Shown one piece after another: positions 27,084-37,782 of a stretch of DNA of 64,000 nt. The stretch lies in assembly GCA_001949185.1 (NCBI GenBank), contig BDGG01000011.1, positions 1,678,902-1,742,901 on the forward strand. Direction: 5' to 3'. Made by a program: the position numbers and the translations under genes. Origin of the DNA: Ramazzottius varieornatus (Eukaryota > Animalia > Tardigrada). The notes beneath the pieces were generated by a model that was not told where the DNA came from, searched no databases, and was given only the letters and a program-made list of their open reading frames with translations. How positions within the stretch are numbered: position 1 is the first letter of the stretch; each line of letters opens with the position of its first letter.

Positions 27084-30000
27084 TTACTCTGGAGCTAACT
27101 TAAAGGTCACGTTACAGTGAATTGCTCGTCCTTCTGCCAACACTAAACTTAATGAATTACAAATTACTTTGCGAACCAGGCTCTAATTTCTACTGTCTTA
27201 CAGCGTCAGCAGGAGCTGGAAGGGATCGCTTGAGAGAGAAAGGCGTTCTTCGGGTGGGCTGTTCGTGGTACCAGATTACTATGAACATGGAACTATCAAG
27301 TAGTGCGACCCTTCCAACTTCTCTTCCTTATACCTGGTTAGAAATATTATTAAGATGGACGAAACTCTCACAAGAATTGTCCTGAACGGCGGTTCCGCTA
27401 ACCTGAGCGAGTGGAAAAAGATTCTGGAGGCGAACAAGCAGATCAAGAATTTGACGGTCATCGGAAACAACCAGGACGTGAAAATGGAGGAGATGGACTT
27501 CGGCAAGCCATACTACCCTTTTGAACGAATCTGGGAACAGGTCGAGACTTTCACCTGCATTGACTCCTTCGTCCATTTCAACTTTGGCTATATGGGGAAT
27601 TACATCAGCCGAGGCGAGTACTTTACCGACTTGTACTGGAATCCGGCTATATTGAACTTGTGCCACGCCTAGATCTGGTCCATCCCAAAGACCGGATCAG
27701 CCGAAAAGAAACATGAGATCTTCTTGGATCAGGTTATGTCCGTGATGGAGAAGTTTGACTTGTAATGGCCGTATCCCGCCGAGCAAAGCCAGTGACTGCA
27801 GACCAGTTTTGACCGGCTTCATGAAAAGTATCGAAAGAATGTCCAGACATAAATGGGCAGCAACGATCGGGACAGTCACCGAGCAAAGTACGAAAGAGCG
27901 TAAGTGTGACTGGCATGCTTGTTTGCGTTAGCCTGCACGTTGCGGAACCATTCAGACAAGTTAGACAAAAGGACAAATGATTTAAGGCGTCGAATGGCGC
28001 TGTGGGTGTTCGGCAGGATACCACGGATGTCGTTTTCAACGGGGAGAAACTGGACAAAATGGACTGCGTGGTCCTTGGACACTAGATGGCTGAGAGGCGG
28101 ACGATAAACTTGTGGGACTTGCGCTGTCATGGTCAGAAAATCACGGCGGCGCCCTGTCAGTGACGAAACAGTTACTTTCACATTGACCGGCTGGGTGAAA
28201 GAATGCTTGGCGCCAGATTGGATGAAGTGCGAACCGCATCGCGAGAAAGACCAGCCGAACCAGATAAGGCACCAAGTTCCAGCGATGAGGATGGGTTTGC
28301 GTCAGACAAATGGGTATCGGCGGCCCAATTCTGCAACAATGATTCCTGTTTCCAAACTACGCTGTTTTGACATGAGGCTGTCAAGAATGTCAAAGGGTAT
28401 CACGTGGTGAGTTTACCGTATCCCGCCGTGGCTCAAAGTCTTGGAAGAATGTTCGCCCTTTTGCGAAGATTTCCCGAAAATTCTACGGGCGTTTGCTCCT
28501 GAATTTCCCCCAGACAGCATAGTACGGTAGTCTAGCACACGATGTGAGGCGGAATGAGCTGGTTCCGAATCTTGTGACGCCGATGGCGCAACTTCGAAAC
28601 TTAAGAAAGGAATCTTTGTGTAGTGTTTGTTTGTTATTTTTCGCTGGTTCCCCTTTTTTTGAGTGTAGATTATTGTCTTCAATAACGATTTCCCAAAACA
28701 CTTCTTGTTGGTGATCAGAATGAGACGAGTCCACAATCACATATGGATTATGGAGTTCGCTAAGTCTCAAACTGTGGAACACCAGACATTGCTGCTGTTC
28801 TAAAAAGGGTATCAAAAAGTCGGCCAGCAGATCATTAAAAGTTGGCCTGATACAGCCGTTAAATCGCGATTAGTCTTAATTAGCTGTGCCATCAGGACAC
28901 TTCCTAATGACCCTTGACCAAACAAAGCATTTCTCAGTGACCACTGGTCAGACAGGCAAATGGACTTCAGCATCTTGTTCTTCGATGTTTGATCCACCAG
29001 ATTGCACCAGCAGTTCAACTTTGCCCTTGGGGTCCCAAAACTTAAAAGTCAATTCCTGAACAATTTGGTCGGAAGCCCATTGTTACAAAATTGGGCCGTC
29101 GATATCCAGATGCTGGACCAGAAAGAAAATATTCAGAAACTTAATGATTCGTGATTAGCTAATGCCTCGTACGAAAATGGTCCTGGCGGTCGGCCTAGCA
29201 TCTTGCTTGAATACAGGACTTTTTGAGTGACAAGAATCCTGGCCTCAAGCCTGGCAGCTCGAGGATCAAAACCCACGTGGGTTGGTGCCTACACTTATTC
29301 CCCGCCTTGAAACGTGTCGTGCGCTCGCTGGTCGAGCGCGGTCCCAGCCGCCAGGTTTTTCGATCAGTGGGTTTCACCGTTCGAAACGCAAAAAAGAAGC
29401 GATGAGGCAGGTCTGACCGCGGATCCGACCACGAGCTGCAAGGCAAGGATTAACACTCTCAGCACGAAGCTTTTCGTGTTCGGAGAATACTACCGTCCTC
29501 ATCGTGTATACAAGGGTTTGATTGGCTAGAAGCACGGGATGAAGGCGGCCCTAGCCAATAGCCAATTCCCCAAATTTTGAAATTAGGAAAATTGGCAGGC
29601 CGTGAGGAGCAACTTTCACAAAGTAGACTGAGCCATCTTATTTTTTTCTGAATGCCGTGATGGTCGTCAGATTTCTTCCAGGCTTGGTTTCGGTAGAGGA
29701 CTCTGTCCTCTGTGTTTCAGATTTTTGGTGGACGGATTCCGTAGATGAGTGCAGAGTGAGGAGATGAAACCTGAAATTTCGCCAGTCCCCCCGGAAACTG
29801 GAGAACTTCTCTCCAACGTCCGAGGGTTTCGCTGACCGCTGGTCATCCGTCTCATTTTGGGGATAAGACCGAGCTAGAGGCAAAAGAAAAATCCCAGCTA
29901 GAAAGACCCAAGGGTAACACCAGGAGGCGAAAAACGCGGACGATTGTATACACAAAGAGGATGGTCGTACGCAGAGCGTGAAACACCTAAGTTGAGGACA

Positions 30001-31489
30001 ACTGTCACACCACTGAGCCAGAGCACTTACCATTCTTACCAACTTAGACAGGCAATTTTCTCTCCCGGAATTGAAATAACGTTTCGACTTTGGAAACTTT
30101 TCAACCACACCTCTAGAGGCGTCACCAGACTGCTGGTGACGTATTCCTGGCCCGAACCGCTACTTAACCTAGAGTATTGTCCAGGCAATGGCCTAGCAAA
30201 GACCTGGTGCAAACTGCTCGACTCATTTTCGCACGAGAGCGTTCAACATGAGCCATATTCTTTAGTAATAGCAATCAAGGAATTCGAAGCAAGATCTTTC
30301 ATTTTTTGTACGACTGCTGGAATAGCTGAAACGGAATTCTGAAGGTCTGCTCGTACAAAAATGCTCACTCCATATAGTGTGTGTTAGGTGTGTGACCACT
30401 GCATAATCAGGTACAGTATCATCAGGTCTCCATCAGGTATGCTGCGCTTGCTCCATTTGTCGCGCACTCAGTTATGCTGGCTGTTTGATGGGAGTCGATA
30501 CGAAGTCTATTTCAGCCAAATTGATCCCTTAACTTCAAAGGCGTATCGGAGGGGGAGCAACTTTGCAATTGCGGAACTTTCGCGATTTCAGAATTGCGGA
30601 GCTGGAATAACTGAAAACTATCCGAGAGATGATGCAGATCTGCAGTCTTGAAACAAAAATTTTGAGAAATTGCAGAGGTTATTTTACAGAAAAGGTATTA
30701 TTTCCAGAAGGTTTTCAAAGGCTTTTCTAGAATCTACACTTCTGAACCGCCGTAGCACATTCCGATAGGAAAAAACGTCTAACTTTTCAATTTTTTGAGC
30801 ATTTAGAATTAATTTCACCAAATTGACCCCGCAATTTGCAAAAGTTTTCGGGGAAAAAGTTGCGGATCTGCAAAATATTGCGACTCCCACAGGCAACCTT
30901 AACGCGTCTTTGCCCCAGAGCCACGGAATTAGGTTTTGGATTTTCGACGCAGCCAGAACGGACGAAAATTCGTAATTGAGATTCACCCGAAGGGTTGCCC
31001 TGAATCAAGTGATATATGGGTTCATGGGTGATCAGGGTACGTAAGTCACAAGATTGGTTTACTGTGTCACCGCTTGTTTCTTTGTTCCTGATTCTGAATT
31101 TGCTGCACCTTCCTGCATGGAGGACTAGCTTGCGCCGTCAAATCTTCGGGCCTTCGGATACCCGTCTGGAAATTCGAAAGACCTTGCACAATATTTCCTC
31201 GGCATCAAAGTCCAATCTTTCCGTCGACACTCGCACACAAGACCGAACTCCATTTCGGCCTCGTCGAAGCACTTTGTCCTTGCATTATTCACACCCTTCC
31301 GGGACATCCACTAGCGATCTGGATCAACAGCAATCTCCTTGTTAGCTGTTTTTCTGTTCTGCCGTCATGACGGCAGAACCGGATGACCATAGGATGTGGA
31401 ATACATTGTATTTCAATGTGGGAGACGATTCCCTGTTAGCTCATCCCGCACTGAAAGCCAGGCTGTTTGGTTTACATCCTATTTTGACA

Positions 31490-33020
31490 TGTAATCCCGT
31501 ACTGAATTTTCCCATGCTTGTCCCTTCCATATTAGAAAAAGGGGTGATCCCCTACTGAATGCGAGCCATGATCAAAACATAATGGTACCACGGTATGGTG
31601 CTGCCACCTACAGGTGTGACGTCATGTGTCCCGTCCTGTCTCCACTATAATATACAAGCTGATCTCTCCCACAATAAATTCGCAATGGACCAATACTGCA
31701 GTGCTGCCCTCTACAGGTGTGTCGTCATTGTGTCCCACATTAGAACCGTTTTACTCTGCACGATAGTGTTGGTACCACAGATCCCGTACTGATATCGATC
31801 CCATTCAAAATCCGTACTTCCGCAAGTACGCCAGAAGAACCATACTGGACAGCTCGGAAGATGAAGAAGCAGTCGAAGAACCATCGCCTGAATCAAGATG
31901 AAAAAAGCTAGGGAGCGGTTAGAAAAGCTGACTCCGGATCCAAAGGCAGGCACCAAAGGCCAAATGACTCGAGTTGGTGGTAGCGACGGAAGTTCGGGAA
32001 GGGGTGGCAGCCAAGATGAGGGAACACGTGGACCCAAGAACAAGATGCAGAAACGATCTTCCAAAAGAATTACTGACATCGAACAGTCGGACGATGAATA
32101 GACCGATAGCTGGGGGGAAGAAGTGCCAGGAGCTGAAGCAGACCAGTACCTGTTTCTTCCAGTAAATAATTTTTTGTAGTTGTTTTGCTCAACATGCGCA
32201 AAGTCCGATGACTCTTTTTGTAGCCTACCTCGAACTCTTTTACTGTCTCAACATTTTCAACTTGTTACATAATGTTATTTGATTATGTGGCGGTTTCCGG
32301 CATTGTTGCACTTGTTTAAATTAAGAGTTTTAGGGCATTTCGCTCTGGTGGTGTCTAGCTGTTCCTGGCTCATGTCTTCCAGGTGTTTTACGTCCGTTTA
32401 ATCCCCTTTAGCCTTTGAATGATATTTTGTTACCGTATCAGTCTCGTCTCTTGCGATCAACTTCAGTACGGTACGAAACAGATTTCAGCTCGACAAATAC
32501 TAGGGAAACTTAATGGGTTCAGGTTGTAAACTAGCACGGCGGAGTAATTGGATCTAGTGCGGTAACTCCATCACCTCGAACATGTTACAGTAACGGCAAA
32601 GCAACAGGTAACAGACTGGCGGTAGGCGTAAGGTAAACGCGTTACTGAGTTGGATTACACCATGTCTTTGCGGTAACACCGAGACTGTACTCGGTAAGCA
32701 ACTAGTATGCCAACGGAGTGGGCTGAAGTCCGGCGCAACCACCTACAAGAGCACCATAATTAGCGCGATGACAACATGTCCGTAACATGAATTAAGTCAG
32801 GAAATCAGTATGGGACTCTCCCACGCCGATCCCACATCGAACGCCACCTCGTTCCACCTCAGAACTGAGTGTATTACAACCATTTAGATCAGTACGGGAA
32901 GCAAAATACCATACTGATTTACAAGCTGGTACCTACCGTGGAATGGGCAAACGCCGGAATGGTGGGACCGCCATGTTGACCAAAGTGGGACCTTCTCCAT
33001 GGGCAGAAGTTACAGTACAG
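31490..33020. mobile_element. Probable decayed TIR element with subterminal ATCCCGTACTGA repeats
   Basis: ATCCC(G/C)TACTGA at about 31494, 31547, 31781; inverted TCAGTA(T/C)GGGA at about 32805 and 32889; termini not resolved. Confidence 0.4.
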
Positions 33021-33192
33021 TACGTGTACTGGTACTCTTTCGCATAATCTATGTACTATCAAGATATTATCAACGGTTGAGTCTAACGTCTAACGAAGCA
33101 TCTAACGTCACAAGTTACAACTACGAAGGGACGAGATAGCCAGTTAGGTTTCAACCTGTGTCACTCGTCGACACAAAAGCGTCGCTAGCGAA

Positions 33193-33275
33193 ATGCTTCA
33201 CAACTCCTTCCTAGCAATTGGAATTGTAACAGTCTTCTGCGTTCTCTGCATCGATCCTAGTTCTCTCGTCGCATA
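33193..33275 (+). pseudogene. Putative signal-peptide exon of the GH16-RTK gene, separated from the rest by the TE nest
   Basis: ATG 33193 gives MLHNSFLAIGIVTVFCVLCIDPSSLVA, ending at the maT TA target site. Confidence 0.5.
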
Positions 33276-35082
33276 CACCCCGCTCGCACCAACTTGCTAC
33301 CACCTCTTAGAAAAATTCCTGTACATTCCAGAATGAAAATAGAATTCTCAGTCTAATTCTATATAATCCCCCTTCTTGTCCAGCATCTTCTGAACACGAC
33401 TCTCCCAAGACAAGAGTGATCGGCGGATAACTCCGAGGTCGAAGTTGGCACACACCTCATGAAGGACCTTGCTCAGACCAGCGATCGTGGTAACCTTCCG
33501 TTCACCTGAATTTTTTTTCAAAATCCCGTTGATGGCATAATCCAAAGGAGCTAAGTTAGGGCTGTTGGCCATCCAGTGGTCCTCCGGAATGTAGTTCGGA
33601 TGGTGCTCTTCCATCCAGTTCTGGGTCAGCATCGCCACATGAGACTTCGCTCTGTCGAAGTGCACCCAGATATCCTGCGGATTTTTCGGGTAGAGTCGGG
33701 GAATGTCTTTATGCACCATCGACGACAGGAAATTGTCGATCAAGTACTGCGCTGTGACTTTACATTGCCATCAACAACGTAGGGCTTTGACATTCCGTTC
33801 CAGCAGATCCCAATTGCGACCATGATCTTTTTTGGCCACTGCTTCACCGGCTTTTTGCGCCAGTCATCCGGAACCTCCATAAATCCGTCAGTGTAGAAAT
33901 ACTCGCCTTCGCTGTTGCAATCATCAAGAGTGATCCACGTTTCATCCATCGTGAAGATTTTCTTGACTCTGTTGCCCCACAGATACGGCCCGTTACAGCA
34001 AAGTTGTCCCCGCCGCTTGCGCGCCTTTGCCTTAAAAATTCAGATCATTACTTCTCGCACTATCTCAGCTGGTTTCATAAAATTAAGCGTCTCTTCTGAA
34101 CTGTTAAACGTTATTTCAAGAGTGGGAGGCTCAAACTGATTCGACAACTTCGTTTTGAAATTTGGTTCAGAAACGTTTTTATTTTCTGCTTGTGCTATCG
34201 AAAAAGTATTTTTTGGTCAATAACTAGAATGTCAAGAATGCTCTGATGTACCTATTCCGGTAGCCAAATAAATTGTCTCTAGTTCACAGCAAAAATTGTT
34301 GGAAACAACGCAAAACTTTGTGAAATATAAATTTTCGAATGGAAATTTGAAGGTGCTCTCCGGTCACTTGGCGTGCGCGTTTTTACCAAATTTCAAAAAG
34401 GAAATGGCTAGTCACCCACTAAAACCCAAAAAGACTATTGTCACCCACCGTAATTAATTACTGAAACCCACTAAAGCTATTGTCACCCACCAGAATTAGA
34501 AAATAATTATCCTCAAGCAAACCCGAAAAGACTGTTGAAACCCACTTTTTTTAGAAATTTGTTCCTATGGTATCTTCTTTCAAAAACCATGCGAGATGGG
34601 CATTGTGTAAAAAGAAACGCTGTTTGAATCGAGATTCTGTACTGTGTGCTAAGTACTCCTGTAGTATGTCCCGGTCTAGTACTTCCGACAGTGAGCACGA
34701 TGAGACTTCTGACGAGGATGGTGACCAGGATCAAGACGGATTCATAGTCCATGAACCCGAAGTCATTCCCGAACAAGACCTCAAGAACAAGTTCAAGAGT
34801 AACAACGAGTTCGAAGTAGCTTTTCGGACGTACAACAGGGCGAAATTCCAGACCTGGGTAACGGGAAGGGCCGATCGAATCAAACCCGTGGACAATGTCT
34901 TCGTGTCGACGGATACGTTCCAAAGGGCACAGGCGCAAGGACCTTCACTTTGTCTGTCGTGTTCTATCCTTTCACATCCTTTCTGTCTCTGAGCCTAACT
35001 CAGTTTCCGACAACAGGTGGAAGGCCAAGAGTCGCGTCCAACAATATCGTTGCTACATTCACTCTTTAGAATTCGGCAAATA

Positions 35083-36838
35083 CTGTACTCCCGCGATACA
35101 CACGCCATACTTCCCTCTGTATTAGGAAAAGTAGTACTGCAAGTAAAAAAGTACCGTAGCGTTAACTGAGCTGATTGTCTGATCAGCTTGTTCTTTTGAC
35201 CTGTTGAATTTCTGTTTTCTGTGTTTCCGGTGAAAGAGTCTGAACACTGCTTTACTTTGGTATCCTCCCTTGAACTCTACCTTTTTTGCCTATCATAATG
35301 GGGACATTTAGAACCCGCTCGGTGTACAGAGTATCGGAAGCTGTAAGGAACTTGAGAGCTATGGCGGAAAGCGGGATGTCGATGTGGTCTTACGCGAAGG
35401 TGGTGAAAATTCCAAGGACAACGATCAGAGATTGGAAGTGAGTGACTTCGATGATCAAATATTTTGAAATGGAGTTGTCTCTTATGATGACAATATTTCA
35501 GAAAAAAGCTACCGGAAGGAACTTTCAAAGGCCGCAGAAAACCCATGTTTCAAGATGTGGAAAAGCGAGTGTACCACGAGGTGATCAAGACTAGAAACGT
35601 CGGCTTACCTGTACGCGACTCCGACCTTCGAAAGTGGGCAGCGCAAATCGCGAAAGATTTGAACGTGAAAAATTTCAGGGTATCAAACGGTTGGATATAT
35701 AGCCTGAAGAAGCGATACCGTCTGAGTTATCGGGCAACAACAAAAGTGAGCAGAAAAACGACGAAGACGGCAGCGGATGAGGTACAACAATAGTTTGCTT
35801 TTGTACCAAAATCTTGATGTTCTGTCAGGCTTTCTTATTTTCGAAATTTAAACGTTTAGCTGAAGATCTGTTCTTACAGCTTGAAGAACATGTCTTCATG
35901 GAACGCGTAGAGGAAATTGTTGGCGTAAACAATACTCATCCTAGCCGGATCAACTTCGACCAGACAAGCGTTCTTCTGCAAAATACTTACGGGAAGACGT
36001 TGTCTCCTATTGGAGTGAAGCAAGTGCACGTCATTCAACCTCCAGGGGAAAAGGAACGGTTTACTGTTGGGCTTGCTGTAACGGGAGACGGACAGAAGTT
36101 TCCTGCTGCCATCGTCTTCAAAGGCGGCGTGAAGACTGGACAGTTGTCGGCGAACATTCTAGGAAAACTGAAAATTCCTGATAACGTTCGCGTTTTCAGT
36201 ACGCGTACTGCTTGGTGGAATTCGAGGATCGATCACGAATGGATAAAGCAGTCGTTCGAGGAAGATACTCAGAACACCTTGTACCTCATTCGAGACCATT
36301 TTGCAGCTCATCTGAAATTCGAAAGCAGAGAACTTCTAGAAAGCAGGAACGTCGATCAAGTTTTCATTCCTCGAGGAATGACTGGCACTTATCAGCCGCT
36401 AGACGTGGGCATAAACGCTCCATTTAAGGCTAACCTGAAGCGAGCGTATCATGAATGGCGAAAAGAACGAGCAGAGTTGACAGGTAAAGGATACCTTCGT
36501 AAACCCTCCCGACAGGACTTCATCGACTTCGTGTCTCAAGCTTGGGCAGATGTGAATCCAGAAACAATCGAGAACGCGTTCGTGGGGGCTCAAATTCTAC
36601 CTGAACCAACATATATGATTGCTAATGAACAAACTTCTGTAGAGAATGATGAAGCGCCATTGGAATTTAGCTTTAGTTCGATCGAAGAGAACAGTGGTGA
36701 CGAAGTGGCGGAAGATTCCTCTTTAGAGTACAGCTTTTCGACTGATTATTGATTCAATAAAGTTCAAATTTTCTGCCCCCGGGAGGTGCACATTCCTGAC
36801 GTACGTACGAGTATGGCGTGTGTATCGCGGGAGTACAG
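35083..36838 (+). mobile_element. pogo-superfamily transposon (DD35D) with perfect TIRs
   Basis: TA duplication; 29-bp perfect TIR CTGTACTCCCGCGATACACACGCCATACT. Confidence 0.95.
35298..36752 (+). CDS. pogo/CENP-B-type transposase (HTH + HTH_Tnp_Tc5 + DDE_1), about 430 aa, 3 exons, apparently intact
   Basis: Exons 35298-35437, 35502-35781, 35880-36752 join in frame; FRVSNGW; NFDQT, RDHFAAH-35aa-QPLDVGIN. Confidence 0.85.
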
Positions 36839-37782
36839 TAAAATGAAGTAAAATTCGGGTGCGGTGGGTCTCTATAGCTTTTTTGGGTTTGGGATTATCT
36901 GTCTGCAAATTAATTTCACTGGGTGACAATAGTCTTACTGGGTTTCAGTCCAAATTTCAGTGGGTGACAATAGTCTTTTTGGGTTTTACTGGATGACAAT
37001 AGCCCCACCCTTTCAAAAAACACGGGTGAAACTTTTTCTCGAATCTTTCGATGCGTTTAATCTCAACGATTCTTCTTGTGTTCCGATGATACTAGAGAGC
37101 TTAAATAACAAGAATAGACGTGTTTTAACTGGTGAATTCGACCCGTGCCTGGAAACAAAATTTTCTACAAAACGGGGACAACTTTGCTGTAACGGGCTGT
37201 ATGAGATAAACAGCTTTCCGCGCTCGTACCTTTGTTTCTTCTGTGCATCCGTCAGGTGGTGCAACTTCTTCTTCTTGCGCGCGTCCAACCCCAAATCTTG
37301 GTTGATGATCTTGGCCACAGTGCTCCGAGAACATCCTAGCTTACGAGCAAGCTGTCGTTGGGAGTCCGGACGCTTCTTGAGGATTGCTCTCTCCACTTTC
37401 CTGATCGTGTTCTTGGTACGCACCGAGGGAAGGTTTTGCGGAGGAAGTCGTTTCGCAGATTTGGCCCATCCGATTCCATCCGTTCCTTCTTTTCTGATCA
37501 GCCTACCAATTGTTTTATAATGGATATGAGTTCCGAGGCTCAGAAGCTGCTCAGAAATTTGCTTGTACGACAAACGTTGGCCATGCAGCGCTACAACCAT
37601 CGCCTTCGTTTCAGAACTAGTTTCTGAACCCATTTCGGAAACAATCTCAACAAGTAATATCTTAAAAGATGCGGCATTAAAAATGAGTTCTGAAGTCAGC
37701 TGAGATGACAGAAAAGCATGTACAGGAATTTTTGTTTACAGCCAAGTTTCAGGTGGTAACAAGTTGGTGCGAGCGGGGTGTA

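Larger units (their letters stand above)
34400..37010 (+). mobile_element. Mutator-like (MULE) deletion derivative
   Basis: 9-bp direct repeat TTTCAAAAA on both sides; GG-initial termini; long TIR with repeated CTATTGTCACCCA; ORF from 34666 (FKSNNEFEVAFRTY...YRC) resembles a FAR1/ZSWIM3-type N-terminus. Confidence 0.72.
33986..37199. mobile_element. Non-autonomous TA-targeting TIR element (about 0.6 kb without its insert) inside the maT transposase
   Basis: TA duplication; 27-bp TIR C(G/A)GCCCGTTACAGCAAAGTTGTCCCCG. Confidence 0.88.
33276..37780 (-). mobile_element. Tc1/mariner maT-type (DD37D) transposon, interrupted by nested insertions
   Basis: TA duplication; 30-bp TIR CACCCCGCTCGCACCAACTTG(C/T)TACCACCT; HTH region 37633-37200; catalytic part 33985-33348 (MDETW, FDRAKSH-37aa-SPNLAPLDY); frameshift near 33745. 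Confidence 0.93.

Noticed and set aside
29638-30108. Secreted peptide precursor (WVFLAGIFLLPLARSYPQ)
   Set aside because: No nearby in-frame ATG or defensible exon structure.
34400-37010. A pogo transposase mobilised with an atypical 9-bp TSD
   Set aside because: The pogo has its own perfect TIRs and TA duplication at 35083-36838; the 9-bp repeat belongs to the surrounding MULE-like layer.
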